Source of the DNA: Lama guanicoe
Taxonomy: Eukaryota
Assembly (NCBI GenBank): GCA_013239625.1
Contig: MU054187.1
Location: forward strand, 20,490,897-20,554,896
DNA length: 64,000 nt
Reading direction: 5' to 3'
Below the pieces are notes generated by a model. The model was not told the DNA's origin and made no database searches. It saw nothing but the letters and a program-made list of their open reading frames with translations. Within the stretch, counting starts at the first letter, position 1, and every line of letters starts with the position of its first letter. The position numbers were made by a program, and so were the translations under genes. This document shows positions 1 to 12,961 of this stretch, in pieces.

Positions 1-519
1 CTTCTATTTCATTCTTTAGGGAGAAGGAGATCTCTCCAGGCTTTGGCTGTCACCAACGCTTTCTTCTGCAGTCCCAGTTTTAACCCCTCTTCAAGACTCC
101 CAGGGCCATTTCTTTCAGGTAACCTAGTTCAGGTGACCCTAGTCTGCAGTGATCTTTTTCCCTCAGGGATCCTGTAAGAATATGGCAGACGCATTTCTGA
201 GATACTGAATCATAAACTGCCCTGTGATAGTTATTTGGAAATTTTCTTTTGAAAAGTGTTCTATTTGTTTCTGTCTTTTGAAGACAGAAAAAAGAGTTTG
301 TTGAGTATAATTGTGTTAAGGCTATTTTATGACAACCTTTTATATAACATATTATTTTTAGTGGCTGTCGAAGTTGATGACAAAAACCATTTGAATTTCT
401 GCTTCAGTGGTTATTGGTTCTGCCACAGACGAAAAGATTTGAGGGCAGTCATGAAGAAGTCTCTGGGGTCCTGCCTGCTCCCTGCCCTCTTTTTCTCAGC
501 CATTCCTACGTCAGGATGA

Positions 520-640
520 TGCAGCGCCCTCAACTCCTTTCTGTGCTTTGAACACTTCCAACTTGTTCTCCTCTCTTGGTCTTTGCATTCAGTTTCCTTT
601 CTATTTAGAATAGTCTCCCTGTGACTGTATCCTTCTGATT
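520..640 (+). mobile_element. L2 LINE fragment (degenerate)
   Basis: 'ggtctttgcattcagtttcctttctatttagaatagtctccc' resembles the L2 3' motif ggcctttgcac..gctgttccctctgcctggaatgctcttccc. Confidence 0.45.
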
Positions 641-696
641 ATGTCTTTTTGTTTGTTTGTTTTATTGCTGAAGTACTTAAAATACAATCTGATTGT

Positions 697-850
697 CTTT
701 TTTATAGAAATATAATCAGTTACAATGTGTCAGTTTCTGGTGTGCAGCACAGTGTCCCAGTCATGCATATACATACATATATTTGTTTTCATATTCTTTT
801 CCATTAAAGGTTATTAGAAGATACTGAATATAGTTCCCTGTGCTATGCAA
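697..850 (-). mobile_element. L1 3'-UTR terminal fragment (camelid/artiodactyl type)
   Basis: T-run, then 'tataatcagtttacaatgtgtcagtttctggtgtgcagcacag...atagttccctgtgctat'; homologous to the L1 ends at 27525, 32391 and 35882. Confidence 0.85.
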
Positions 851-3800
851 GACCATTTTGACAAAATACCAGGAATTTCCAATAATTTATGTTAGAAATT
901 ATGCTGTTATTTTTATTTATCAATATGGAAAGTATGTTGTTATAAGTGAAATGCTGATGTGATAAGCTTACCCACAACCACAGTCAACTCCTATAGACGT
1001 AAACGTTCTTGAAGAATTCCTGAGTGTAAAATTCAACTTTTCTTCCTTCTCTTCAGCTGGGGAAGTTTTGTCATGCATGTTAACCAGGAACTCAGTGCTT
1101 ATGAACATAAACTCATACTAAGCACAGATGGAACATTGTAATTAATACCCGAAAATGGTTTCTGTGTAAACTTTTATTCTCCTCAAGAATAGTTTTATTA
1201 TTTTTCTATCAAGTTATCCACTTCATAATTATTGCAAAAAATGTTTTGATAATGACAGTGTGCTTCTTTTTAAATAATGATATTCTGTTTTCAATATATA
1301 TATACTGAAATATTTAAGATAAAAAAAATCCACTTCAATTCTCCACATTATTTTGTTGAATATATTTCATTGATCAACTCAACTCTACATTTTCTCTAGC
1401 ACCAAACCACAAAGAATTTTCCTAAGCAAGTGTTTTATCAAAGCAAAATTTTTAGAAAAAAACAGTTGTTTGTATTTTTAAATCAATTATTTGCCAGTGT
1501 AATAGGATTCTTGCTAAAAGTTTTTTCTAATTTCTCAAAAACTTAGCTTTTAAAGTGTTCAGATATTTATTTTCATTAGTATATGCATGTAAAAGAAGGA
1601 AAATTTAAAACAAAAATGGGGACAAATTTTAATTAGAAGAGCAGAGGAAGAAGTAAATAAAATAATGAGTTCTTCAATTTAGTATGAGAAATTTGGCTCA
1701 ATTTTTAATACAGCTTTTCTGTACATGAATCAGGAACAGAGAAAATGCTGATGTCATTTTTCCTGACATCTTGATTTAAGTCAAGGCAAAGCAATTATTG
1801 ACATAAAAATGTTTGTTCTAATGTAATTTCTAACTTATTATAATTTTTCCTTTACCAAAATTGTAGATACCCAAATGTTTAAATTTACTATCTTTAGTCT
1901 ATGGTAATAAATATAAATTTAGAGACGGGAGATAGAAAGTTTTTCCTTTGGCAGGAACTAAGGTGTTTAAAACTGGGAAAGCCTTCAGGTTTTAAACTCT
2001 TCCTTCAAGAGAAAGTGAGAAAAAAATAAAAAACTTCGAGTCAGAAATAAAGCTTTTCACCAAGCTGCATGGCTCTTGCCAAGAAATATCTGTGAAAAAT
2101 CTGAAATGTACACTATAAATTGTTATCAAAGGAAAAAGTTTTGACGGCGCTATCATCAGAATTTCCTCTACTACTCTGGACAGAAAAATTAGTACTTTGC
2201 CAGTTTCATTTTTAGTTTTCTTATGTGTATCCCTTAATTCATATAAATAACTTGTTGGGCAAGACATTGTAGCTTTCATTTCCTAGAGTCTTCCTCTCAT
2301 TTTAAAGCTAAGCTGTGCATGAAATTCTAATTAGTATATTTCAGATTTTACAGTATACTCTGACAAGCTGTATCTATATTACAGGAAAAACTGAAAAAAT
2401 ATGTTTTTAAGAAGTACATATTCTAAAAAAGCTGTAACTTCTCATGGTTTCCTTATATTTTCTCCAATAAATAAAATTAAATTTCTGGAAGTATTATTTA
2501 AAAAGTATAACCATTCTTTTTTTTTAATAAAGTGAGGAGAGTAACATACGTCAGCATTATAAGGTCATTTTTCATTCCAAAAAGTAATGCTATATATTTT
2601 GAATAGATTTCTGTTTATATAAATCTTAATCACGTTAAATAGAAAATAAATTACACTTCCAGGAATATAGAATAAAGTATATATATAAACAGATACACAT
2701 CTTACACCCTTATTCAGAATTTATTGTTGCACCAAGCATCCATTTTTTTAAGTAGCCTGCTGATTTTTAAGTCCTAGACTGAGAAACTGAATAACTAAGA
2801 TTTCAGAATATCACTTAAAGACACAACTACTTTAGTGAAAGAATTTAAAATATTTAAGTTGCTGCCAAAGTTTATATTTTTATATAATCACAAATATTCT
2901 CTCAAACACAGAAAAGGACCACCACAAACTACTAAGAGAAACTAATAACTGTTTCTTATGATACTGCTGGAGATTGTAGCAGTAGAGAAAGGCCTTGCAG
3001 TTAATAATTTACCTCCTCAGTGCAGCCTGAATCTTGTCTGCTGCCCCCTTATAATATGAGTCAACAGTAGAGAAAGCAGCACTGGAAAATTAAGGAGCAA
3101 ACCTGCAGCCATTCTTCAACTCTTGACACGTAGGTGGAATGGGAAAACAGTGGCTTCAGCCACCAGTGAGTTTGAAAAATATACTTAGCCATGACTGAGA
3201 ACTGATATTATTATGATAAAGAGTAAATAAAGGGGAGATAAAATGGGACTTGGTAGAAAGGCTACTAAAAGATGCTCAGTCACTAAAAGAAAAAGTCAGT
3301 TCTCAGATTCTGAAGCCACAAAAATACCTCTGAGCCAAAGTCAAAAATACAATTTTTCATAGTCTAATTTTCCATGGGTCCCATGAAATCTGGTGCATTC
3401 GTAACTTTCAATTATAAATTTTTCTCAATTTTTAGAATAATTATTTAACATCAATTTTCCTATGCTACCTTTAACTTTTTATAACAGAATTAAACATTTT
3501 ATATTAACAAACAAAGGAAACCTTGCTACATATTCCTAATTTGCAACGCTTGATAATAAAATTCTCTATTGTCCTGAATTTAAAATGTTACAAAGCATTT
3601 TAATAAATAAGAGCCCCCTTTCCCCCATGAGGTTCCCCCATGAGGCAATGACCTACGTTTGCAGATCTTATTTCCCATCCCACATTTGCTCTATTAAGAC
3701 ATATTGATGGACTGCCTATTCCATACCAAGCACCCTGATATGCTTTGTTGGTATAATTTCTTCAAGAGGGAGACTTACTTATACTATAGCTTGAAAGACA

Positions 3801-3879
3801 GGTAAGTACCCAGCAACGGTTGTCAGGGGGATAACAGCCGTTCCCCACTGCAGTGTCGTCTCTATCAGAGAATCAGATT

Positions 3880-4005
3880 TATTTTCTCCTTCCACTCCTC
3901 TACCTCTCCTCCTGTCCCTCCTCTTTCGGCTGCAAAATCTCCTTCCTCTCCTGTTTTTCCTCTTGTCTCCTCCCCGTTTACCTCCTCTTCCTTCTCCTCC
4001 TGTTT
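3880..4005. repeat. CT-rich low-complexity tract
   Basis: runs of ctcctc/ctcttc. Confidence 0.7.
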
Positions 4006-4237
4006 GTGGTTTTCATTAGGATACAAGCTCAATACAATTAGGGGCTATTTTCAATTTTTTTCTGACGTAGTTAGAAAAAGTTCTGAGATGTTAGACAGAG
4101 CCAGATATTGATTAGTAATATATAAAAACCAAAATAATTAGTTGTCATTTTAATTACATTAGTTGCATGCCTATCAAATAGTAATAGCATACTATGAAGG
4201 AATCTAGTCTCTGGATTTTGACAAGAGTATTTTAAGC

Positions 4238-4600
4238 TAAAAGAAAGACAAATATCACATGATATCACTTATATGTGGAATCTTTAAAAATGACACAAAT
4301 AAACTTATTTACAAAACAGAAACTGACCCACAGACATAGAAAACAAACGTAGGGTTCCCAAAGGGGAAAGTGTGGGAGAGCGATAACTTAGGAGTCTGAG
4401 ATTTGCAGATACTGATGACTATATATAAAATAAATAAACAGCAAGGTCCTACTGTTTAGCATAGGGAATTACATTCAGTATCTTGTAATAACCTATAATG
4501 ATAAAGAATATGAAAAACAATTCATATGTAACTGAATCAGTGTGCTATAAACCAGCAACTAATAAAACATTCTAAATCAACTATACAATAAAAAATTTTA
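4238..4600 (+). mobile_element. 5'-truncated L1 (ORF2 end plus 3'UTR)
   Basis: 'gacaaatatcacatgatatcacttatatgtggaatc' (end of ORF2), typical 3'UTR, aataaa and A-rich end. Confidence 0.9.
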
Positions 4601-4989
4601 AGAAGTTTATATTGGAAAGGCAAGAAAGATTTTTTTTTAATAAAAGAAATACAAAATCAAATTGTGTGTGAGTGTGTTTCTTCCTTTAGAGACCTCTGGC
4701 TTGGTGATGTCATTTCCTTCACCTTGCTACCTGCTCAAAGAGACTCATGACATTATAGCACCAGGTGTCCTCAGAGGACCCTCTTCACATTTATTTCAGT
4801 GTATTTTTAGGACTTCAGTTCCCTCTCTCACTCTCTCAATCTTGTCCTCACTCTCTTTTTGTGTTTTGTGTGGTTTGATTGTTTCTCTTGGTTTTGCTTA
4901 TTTAGTGGCTAGCAATGTATAAACAGCACTTTTTAAACAGATCTAGTAGTTTTATAGTGAAATAGCTCTTCAGGATATTTGGAATATTT

Positions 4990-5375
4990 AGTTTGCCAAA
5001 AAGAAAAGCTGAAGTTCTACCCCTGAGTCTTTGTGAATTTGACCTTATTTGGAAATAAGGTGGAGATGGGGGGCCTAATCCAATATGACTGATGCTCAGA
5101 TAAGAAGGGAAGAGACACAATCCCAGATGCAGGATGCCATGTGAAGACACAGGCGGAGATGGGAGTGATGTGCCCACGAGCCAAGAAAGGTCAATGATAG
5201 GCTGCAACGTCAGAAACTAAGAGAAAGACATACAACAGTTTTTTCTTAGAGACTTTGGAGATATCAAATCCCTGACTTCAGATTTCTATCCTCCAAGACT
5301 GTGAGAGAACGAATTTCTGTTGTTTTAAGCCACCAAATTTTTGGCATATGTTTTCACTATCCTAGGAAAACGAAT
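4990..5375 (+). mobile_element. MaLR LTR, MLT1C/B-like
   Basis: 'gaccttatttggaaataagg', 'ccatgtgaagacacaggcggagatgggagtgatg', 'actgtgagagaacgaatttctgttgttttaagccacc'. Confidence 0.85.
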
Positions 5376-5479
5376 TGAGCCAGGCTCCAATATTTCAGTT
5401 AACTAAAATAGAGTGAAAACATCCAAATTGGAAAATCAAGATGTCTGTCTACTCATATATTTAATCTACAGCTGGTGCG

Positions 5480-5748
5480 TATGCAAAAAAGAGTTAGTGA
5501 ACTTGAGATTGCTCTCCTTATAAAGGCCTGCTTACAAGATTGGCTCTGGTCTGGCCTTAGGAAACTTGGCTCTTGGAGTGTTCCCAGGAAACATTTAACT
5601 GATGAATGTGGCTCACTCTGCTTATTCTGTTTTTGTAAACCACGTGGTTAACGGGAAATACATGTTTTTTCCGAACACCTGCTTTCCTCTGGAAATTGGG
5701 AAATTTGGTCCCTGCTAGATAGAAAATGCCTGTGTGATCAGGCTCAAA
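5480..5748 (+). mobile_element. ERVL LTR fragment, MER68-like
   Basis: 'aaaagagtta...tccttataaaggcctgcttacaagattggc...gtggctcactctgc...gaacacctgctttcctctgg' follows the MER68 consensus order. Confidence 0.75.
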
Positions 5749-5749
5749 T

Positions 5750-6030
5750 GGTATAATGGAAAGAAGATATTTGTGATCATAAAAAATTGGGGTTGAATCT
5801 TGTCTCCAACAGTTCCTAGCTGAATAAACTTGCTAAATTTTTAACTTTTTGAAATATCATTTTTTCTAAAATATCAAATAATATCATTTTTTCCTAAAAT
5901 ATCAAGTAATATTATTATCAAATAATAATAATAATGCATTATTGCATTATGTTTTGAGGCATCAATAAATTTGTGTACGGTCCTTAGCTCAGTGCATTCC
6001 AAATACCTGATGCTTAATACAGGTTACAGT
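5750..6030 (+). mobile_element. MIR SINE with internal ~27-bp tandem duplication (5853-5907)
   Basis: 'ggggttgaatcttgtctcc', 'cttagctcagtgc'; aatatcattttttc(c)taaaatatcaa occurs twice in tandem. Confidence 0.6.
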
Positions 6031-6149
6031 CACCACACCATGGTTTGATTCTCAAGCTCAAAGGGTAGTAGACATATTGTCCAATGGCAACCAATTAAAT
6101 ATGGAGGGCAAATATACCTTATCAAGTTTCAGAGCTTAAAAAGATGTGG

Positions 6150-6440
6150 ACATGATTACATATATACATGTATATTTATATATTACATATAGTACACTAC
6201 ATATGTACCATATAGAATGTATACTGTACTTGTATCTAGTATGTGTTATAGTGTGTGCATATATGTACTGAACTTTTTATTTAGTGTGTATATATATACA
6301 TACACACTATATATAGAGTACATATATACATTTATTTAGTATATCTATAATGTAGCATATAGTATACACATACATAGGATATATATACACACACATATAA
6401 TATACACATATATAGGAGGTGTATATGCATATACATATGC
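6150..6440. repeat. (TA)/(CATA)-rich degenerate simple repeat
   Basis: tatatacacatacacac-type sequence over ~290 bp. Confidence 0.85.
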
Positions 6441-8074
6441 TAAACAGTGTTTAGTGAATATAGGCAGTTCATACACTCTAAAATGTGTGTATTCAAAGGA
6501 GGAAAAAAGGAAAATCGATATGTCTCCTGCTGTTGCAACATCTTAGAAGGAGTAAGCTTTTTCAGCGATTAAAATAGTTTTTAAGAATCCTCCCGTAACA
6601 CAATTCTAAAGCAGCAAAATTCAAAGAATTTTCTCATCTTTGACCCAAGCCCTGAAAAGCAAGAGCGAAACATCACCCTCACACTGAGTGTAGCCCTGCC
6701 GAATGTGTATCATGTGCGGCTGTAAACTTCCCCCTTGCCCAGCCCATAGCTGAGCAGCCTCTAGCCAGGCTCTGAAAATGGCAAATTGAGTTTCTCCTTC
6801 TGTCTCTGTGGCACTACCAGGGAGTATCCATTGATGCCGATTGTCACAATTTCTGTGCAACCCAAGCCAAGACGGCAACGTGTCTTCAAAATATTTAATA
6901 CATTGAGTTAAAAAGATTTCATAAATGCATTCACTAAATGAATGCTTATTCTCCGTTCAGAAACTATTAAATAAGAAGTTAATATAGTCACTAGACATGA
7001 AACTCTAATTATATATTTACATTTCAGTAAGGACATTCTGTCTCTTCAAATGGCTATTTAAAAAAAAAAATCAGACAATATCTGCTTTCACAAAGCTTTC
7101 CCATAAAATGTTATTGGATATGTAAAGAAAATTTATTACTCTTGGTGTTTTTCTCTGGATGGAAATTTTTTGCTCTTACTAGCAGCAATTCCTTTAAGAT
7201 TTTCATCCCAAAATTACCTCTAAAGACTTGTACAGATTGCACTGCAGGCGATTAAGTCTCTGAGAATATAAACATGTTTTGAAATATTGCAAAACAAGTA
7301 GAACTCTAGCAATAAAACACCACAATTAAAAAATGTACTGACTTACGGCCTTTTGCACTGGAAAGAGAGATTTTATACTATGCTCCCCAAATTACCAAGT
7401 TAATTCCTTTTGCTTTTGAGGGACCACTTCAGTGAGACACAAGTTTCAGTAGATGCAAGTTTTAGGCTAACACAAACATTCTCATCCAAGGCATAGTAAT
7501 GCATAGACCATACATTCTGAAAGCTTAATTCTACAGGAGATCAAGGAAATAATTTAAAGTTAAATTATATACTATAATAAAAACTAAACTGCTTGATAAA
7601 TGTCCATGCCTGGTCACCCAAAAAAAAAACTCAATGGTAACTTTAAGTAAGCAGGACTTGATGGCGGTGTCTTTAATGGTACAACCCATCTGGAAATATG
7701 TCTGGCTAGTCTGGTTTGTCATTGCCATTTGCAAAAGCTAAAGATGAAATTGTTAATATCGCACCTCTTTCTTTTTTTCATTTTACAAACATGTGCTTGT
7801 AACTCCCATTTTAGGCTTGAGAGTTATTCATATTGTACACATTTATGAAATGTACATTTCATATTATTATTGATTTTTGAAAAGTGACGTTATATGAAAA
7901 GTACTGATAAGGAAATTTGTTTGCTTTAAGCTGTCAAAGGCAGATTTCCAGCATTGAGAAAATAGGACTGTTATTCAGAATGAATCAGCTTTCTTGATTT
8001 CTCCAACGTATGCTACCAGTTAGCAAAAAAGATGGGTTTATACAGAAGGAAACAAATCTTTGGAAAAGAACTAG

Positions 8075-8314
8075 TATAAAACTGTCAACTTCAAAAATTA
8101 AAAATATTGCTATCAAAATAATAACAATATATTTGATTATGTATCTATATATGCTTATTATGCATAATATATAAGTGAAATGATTGACAGCAATGATATA
8201 AGGGACAGGTGGGAGGAATTAAGATTATTTGAACATTATAAGATATTCACACTACCCATGAAGTGATGCAGTGTTATTCGAAAATAGACCTGGATATTTC
8301 TACTAAGGAAACCA

Positions 8315-8359
<45 letters not shown>

Positions 8360-9527
8360 AAAAATAAACAAAAAAAAAAAAAAAAAAGAAGTTGAAAAAG
8401 AAGCATAACAAATATGCTAAGAAAGCAGAAAAAATGAATTGTATAAAATGCTAAATTAAAATCATAAAAGACAGAAAAAAGGTGGAAAATAAAAATGGAA
8501 ACAATGAATTAGTGCAGTAAGTGGAAAACCGTAACACACATGGTCAATGTTAGCCCAACTACATTAATAATCACTTTGAATGTCAATGATCTAAATAAAT
8601 CAATTAAATGACAGAGTTTATTAGAGTGGACCAAAAACCAAGACCCAATTGTATATTGTCTACAAGAAAGTCACTTTAAACATAAGACATATATGGATTA
8701 AAAGTAAACGGATAGAAAAAAATATGTCATGTTAACAATAATCATTAAAAGGCAAGAGTAGCTATAATAATTTCAGAGCAGACTTCAAAAGGAGGAAAAT
8801 TATCAGATATAAAGAAAGGCATTACATAATGATAAAGGGGTCAATTCTCCAGGAAAACATAACAATTCTTAACGTGTATGTGCCGGACCACAGAGCATTA
8901 AGCTATGTGAGGCAAAAACCAATAGAACTGCAAGGAGAAACAGGTGAAGCCACTATCATAGTTGGAGAGTTCAACATTCTTCTCTCAGAAATGGACAGAT
9001 CTAGCAGACAGAAAATCAGCAAGGACATAGTTGAACTCAAAAACACCATCAATCCACTGGCTATAAAGGACATCTGTAGACTACTTCATCCACAACAGCA
9101 GAATGCACATTCTTCTTAAGCTCAAGTGGGAGAGTCAACAAAATGGACTATATTCTGGGCCATAAAACACATCTTAACAAAGTTAAAAGAATAGAAATCA
9201 TACAGTGTTTACTCTCAGACAACAGCAGTATTAAACTAGAAATCAATAAAAGAAAGTTAACAGGAAAATACCAAAATACATGGAGATTAAACAATGCACT
9301 TCTATACAATAACTCACGGGTCAAAGAAGAAATCTTCATAATAATTAAAAATATTTTTAACAAAATGAAAATATCAATTGTAATCAATGTACCACTCTGG
9401 TGTGGGAATATTAGCAATGAGGAAAGCTATGTGTGTGTTTGGGGATGAGGGGTATGTGGAAAATTGCTTTACTTTCTCCTCAATTTTGCTGTGAACCGTA
9501 AACTGCTCTAAAAAAAAAAAAGTCTTA
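8075..9527 (+). mobile_element. Ancient L1 (L1MC-type): inter-ORF region and ORF2 endonuclease domain joined directly to the 3' terminus
   Basis: ATG at 8540 gives MVNVSPTTLIITLNVNDLN...DPIVYCLQESH; ORFs 8829-9119 (IKGSILQENITILNVY..TIIVGEFN) and 9143-9448 (DYILGHK..LSDNSSIKLEIN) are L1 EN motifs; 9373-9527 'aatgtaccactctgg...caattttgctgtgaaccgtaaactgctctaaaaaa' is an L1MC 3' end. Confidence 0.9.
8316..8387 (+). repeat. Poly-A tract (A42 followed by interrupted A-run)
   Basis: directly visible. Confidence 0.95.
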
Positions 9528-9624
9528 ACATATTTAGTCCTAATATTTGGCCATGGATTACCATAGAAATTAGAGCTTTCTTTTCAATACTAAAAAAGAC
9601 TCCATGTAAAATAGGAGGCATTTT

Positions 9625-9840
9625 ACAGTGAAATAACAGTGTATTGAATCATCTTAACCATTTTTTCACGTGTTGTATGACTCTCAGAAGGTACCTAAAG
9701 ATGTAAGGTCCTCATGTTTCTCAGATGTAAATGTGACTACCTACCCATAAACTGTAAGGATTAAAGGAGATGACATAGGGAAGTAACACTAAGCTTCCAT
9801 ACGCTAGCCTTTCAAAAAATACATATTTTTGCTGTGTTAT
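9625..9840 (+). mobile_element. MIR SINE (degenerate)
   Basis: 'cctcatgtttctcagatgtaaatg...ctacctacccataaactgtaaggattaaaggagat' core-like. Confidence 0.55.
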
Positions 9841-11454
9841 TTCCCTGAATAATTTGATATACTAAATTATTTGAATTTTTTAAATGTTGATTTTACAAAT
9901 TGCTTTTTGATGCTGAATAGCTAAAGTCTCACCCAGATTTCTAGTCACCGTTCATTTCACTATTTGCCAGGAAATACCATGGCAAAGGAATTAGAGTCAG
10001 TTGAAAAGATATTTACTTTCTTTATATATATATTATAAAAAGTCATTACCACATTACACATTTATACCTTAAAATGTATTTCAAAACACTTAGAATACAA
10101 CGTTAATATTCTTTTCCCATAAATATGTTCTGTCTTGCTCTTTGCTGTTCCTTAGAAAAATCAGATAACCAAAGTGGTGACAGAAATAGATTCCTAATGC
10201 ATAAAGGGTTTCTTTTCACTTTAATTGCTGCATGACATTTGAGTTTACAGGCAATATGTATCTTTAATCTGAATAGCACAGCCTTTCACTTGCATAAGTT
10301 AAATGCTCGAAAAATGAACAACCTCATATTTACGAAAACCTAAACTGGGGAGAGAAGCTCAAAGCTCAACCATTCATCTTGATAATAGCCCAGAAGTCAA
10401 TTGAATTTCTTTTCCAAAGAAGAACTGAGTCATACTGAGCTATTTTCAGTAAATTTTATGTTTGTTCATTCAAGTCAAGGGAATTATTTATGTAGTACAA
10501 ACATGTGCTAAAAATATTTAGTTGAGAGAATATTAGACTTACTTGATATTTTTACATAGCTTAGTAACCTTTAAGGAAAATATTTTTATCCTTGAAAAAT
10601 TTTCCAGCATCAATCATACGTCTGCATACATCACAATAAAAACTACTTCCATTTTGTTGCTTTTGTTTATAAATTTAGAGCTGATTAATGTTGACAATTT
10701 GCTATATTTTCTTCAGTCTTATCTATATATTTGATAATATATATATATTTTAATAAGTGATATGATGTTTTTATTGGGCTTTATTCAGGCAAAGGCTAAC
10801 TTTAAAATGAGGTATAGTGAGTGAGTATCAAAAGGAAGGTTTCCTAAAAGAGACCATCTTCAAAGCTGTTAATCATGAAACAGATGCAATGAGACTCAGA
10901 AGAGCAGCAGCATCCTCTTTGATTCGTTCCATTTGTAAAGTCTGAATTACTGAACAGCAGTGAATCATTCTGCCTACTTCTTTCCAAGTTACAAGTTCAG
11001 CAAGTACTTTAAGCCTAGGTGATGAAGTTGTACTGAAAGAACGGGTTATGAGATTGTTGGAGCCCTGCGTAATGTTTAATGCAGTGCACAAATATTTGGC
11101 AGCCACTTCCATATGTGACAACATACAGCAAGATATATATTTGACCCTTCAGAGTGTATAGTCACTATAAATAGAATGAAAATGGATATCCTTCACAAAA
11201 AAATGAAGACTGGCAGAGAATTATAATGGTTTGAGCACTGACTGTGTCATAGTCCTTTAAATTTCAAATCTACTTTTTACAATATTATACTGTTATCCTG
11301 ATCTTTCTGTTTAGAAAATATTGACTGAGAGAAATTTTTAAAAGTCCCAAATTGATTTGTTTCTTGGGTTGAAATTTGAATCTACAATTCCCTCATGTCA
11401 TATTAATATATTGTGTATTGGTTCAATCACAGATAAATTCAATCAAACAAGAAA

Positions 11455-11564
11455 TTTTTTTTTAATTTTTCAGAAGTTGCCCCATTTCCCATGTTGCTGC
11501 AAATGGTATTTCATTCTTTTAATGTCTGAGTAATATTCCATTGTGTGTGTGTATATATATACAC
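11455..11564 (-). mobile_element. L1 3' remnant (T-tail plus ORF2 C-terminal piece)
   Basis: 'ccatgttgctgcaaatggtatttcattctttttaatgtctgagtaatattccattgtg'; reverse strand reads MEYYSDIKR. Confidence 0.75.
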
Positions 11565-12135
11565 AGGGAATCCCATATAGGATTAACTTGAAGAGGAACA
11601 TACCAAAACGCATTGTAATAAAAATGACAAAAGTCAAAGATAAAGAGACTATTAAAAGCAACAGGGGAAAAGCAATAAAGAACATACAAGGGAACTCCCA
11701 TAAGACTATCAGCTGATTTTTCAGCAGAAACTCTACAGGCCAGAAGGGTGTGGCACAATATATTTAAAGTGATGGAAGGGAAAAACCTACAACCCACTAT
11801 ACTCTATGCAGCAAGGCTCTAGTTCAGATTTGATGGAGAAAATAAAAGCTTTGCAGACAAGCAAAAGCTAAAAGAATTCAGCACCATCAAGCTAGTTTTA
11901 CAACAAGTGCTAAAGGAACTTTTCTAGGTGGAAAAGAAAAGGCCACATCTAGAAACAAGAAAAGCATGAAATGGAAAACCTCACCAGTCAAGGCAAACAT
12001 GCAGTCATGGTAAAAAAAAATCATCCATTTATGCAAACTAATAGGGAGATTGAAAGACAAAGATAGTAAAATCATCTGTATCCACAGCAAGCAGTTAAAG
12101 GATACACAAAACAATTAGATGTAAAATATGGTATC
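11565..12135 (+). mobile_element. L1 ORF1 C-terminal half plus inter-ORF spacer (defective)
   Basis: translates YKGTPIRLSADFSAETLQARRVWHNIFKVMEGKNLQPTILYAARL*FRFDGENKSFADKQKLKEF, typical of L1 ORF1p. Confidence 0.92.
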
Positions 12136-12179
12136 TCAAGGGTTGACTTTGATGGCAGCCATATAGATACTCCATATGA

Positions 12180-12700
12180 CCGTTCATAGTAATATAATTG
12201 AGATGCATCATGTCATCATGTATATCAAGTTTATTCCTTTCATTGTCTCGTAATATTTTCTTATGTAAATATTCTTTAATTTTCCTTCACTATTTTCATG
12301 TTGGTACAAATCTGGGTTGCTTCCAGTTTGGGGATATTATGAATTCAACCCCTGTGAAAATTCTTGTGTAAGTATTTTTGTGAACATACAGTTTCATTAT
12401 GCTTAGCCACATACTCAGGAGCAGAAACACTGAGTGGTAGGGTAATTGCCTTGGTTTATAATAAACTGTCAAAGTGCCCACCTCATTTGACTAGATGCCC
12501 ACCAGCAATGTGGGACATGAGTTCCAGTTGCTCAAATTCTGCACCCTTTGCTAGTGTGTGTGTGCGTGTGTACTTTTTAGCCATTTTAGAGGATGTTACA
12601 GATCATCTTTGACATTTTAAAATGCATTTCCCTAATTGTTAAATGATCTTGAGCATATTTCATGTAATTATTAGACATCCATATATTTTCTTTTTTGCGC
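12180..12700 (-). mobile_element. Ancient L1ME-type ORF2 C-terminus/3' region
   Basis: 'gggttgcttccagtttggggatattatgaat', 'cccaccagcaatg', 'tgcatttccctaatt...gagcatatttcatg'; minus ORF ...HKNTYTRIFT..SPNWKQP. Confidence 0.8.
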
Positions 12701-12961
12701 ATAGATTTTTTTAATTTGTGTGCATCTTTAATTAGATTTGCACCCCAACATGATAAGTATCTTTTTTCCCCCCTTTAGATCAGTAGTGCTCTGCTCATCT
12801 AATGTCTGATGTAGCTGCTTCTAGGGTTTACTGAGTTTAGTTGGATTTAATTCACTACTGGCTTCAAATACTTTGCGAGTAGCATCAGTATTTTCCCTTC
12901 AAAAACTCTTAGGATCTGAACACTGGAAATATTCTGGAGAGCCTTGGATACTTTATAGCCA

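Noticed and set aside
1750..1785. Adjacent short hairpins (gatgtca/tgacatc; cttga/tcaag)
   Set aside because: Stems of 5-7 bp are expected by chance; no ncRNA hallmarks.
3620..3645. 13-bp tandem duplication ttcccccatgagg x2
   Set aside because: Ordinary slippage duplication with no further structure.
3665..3807. Plus-strand exon ending at cag|gtaagt
   Set aside because: The acceptor is weak, the body is L2-like and no coding similarity is evident; isolated consensus donors are common.
4031..4047. 17-bp exact match aatacaattaggggcta, repeated at 41874-41890
   Set aside because: The match does not extend, and roughly one match of this length is plausible by chance in 64 kb of AT-rich DNA.
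10860..11160. Processed pseudogene suggested by open frames on both strands
   Set aside because: No recognisable protein, poly-A or TSD; adjacent sequence resembles decayed antisense L2.
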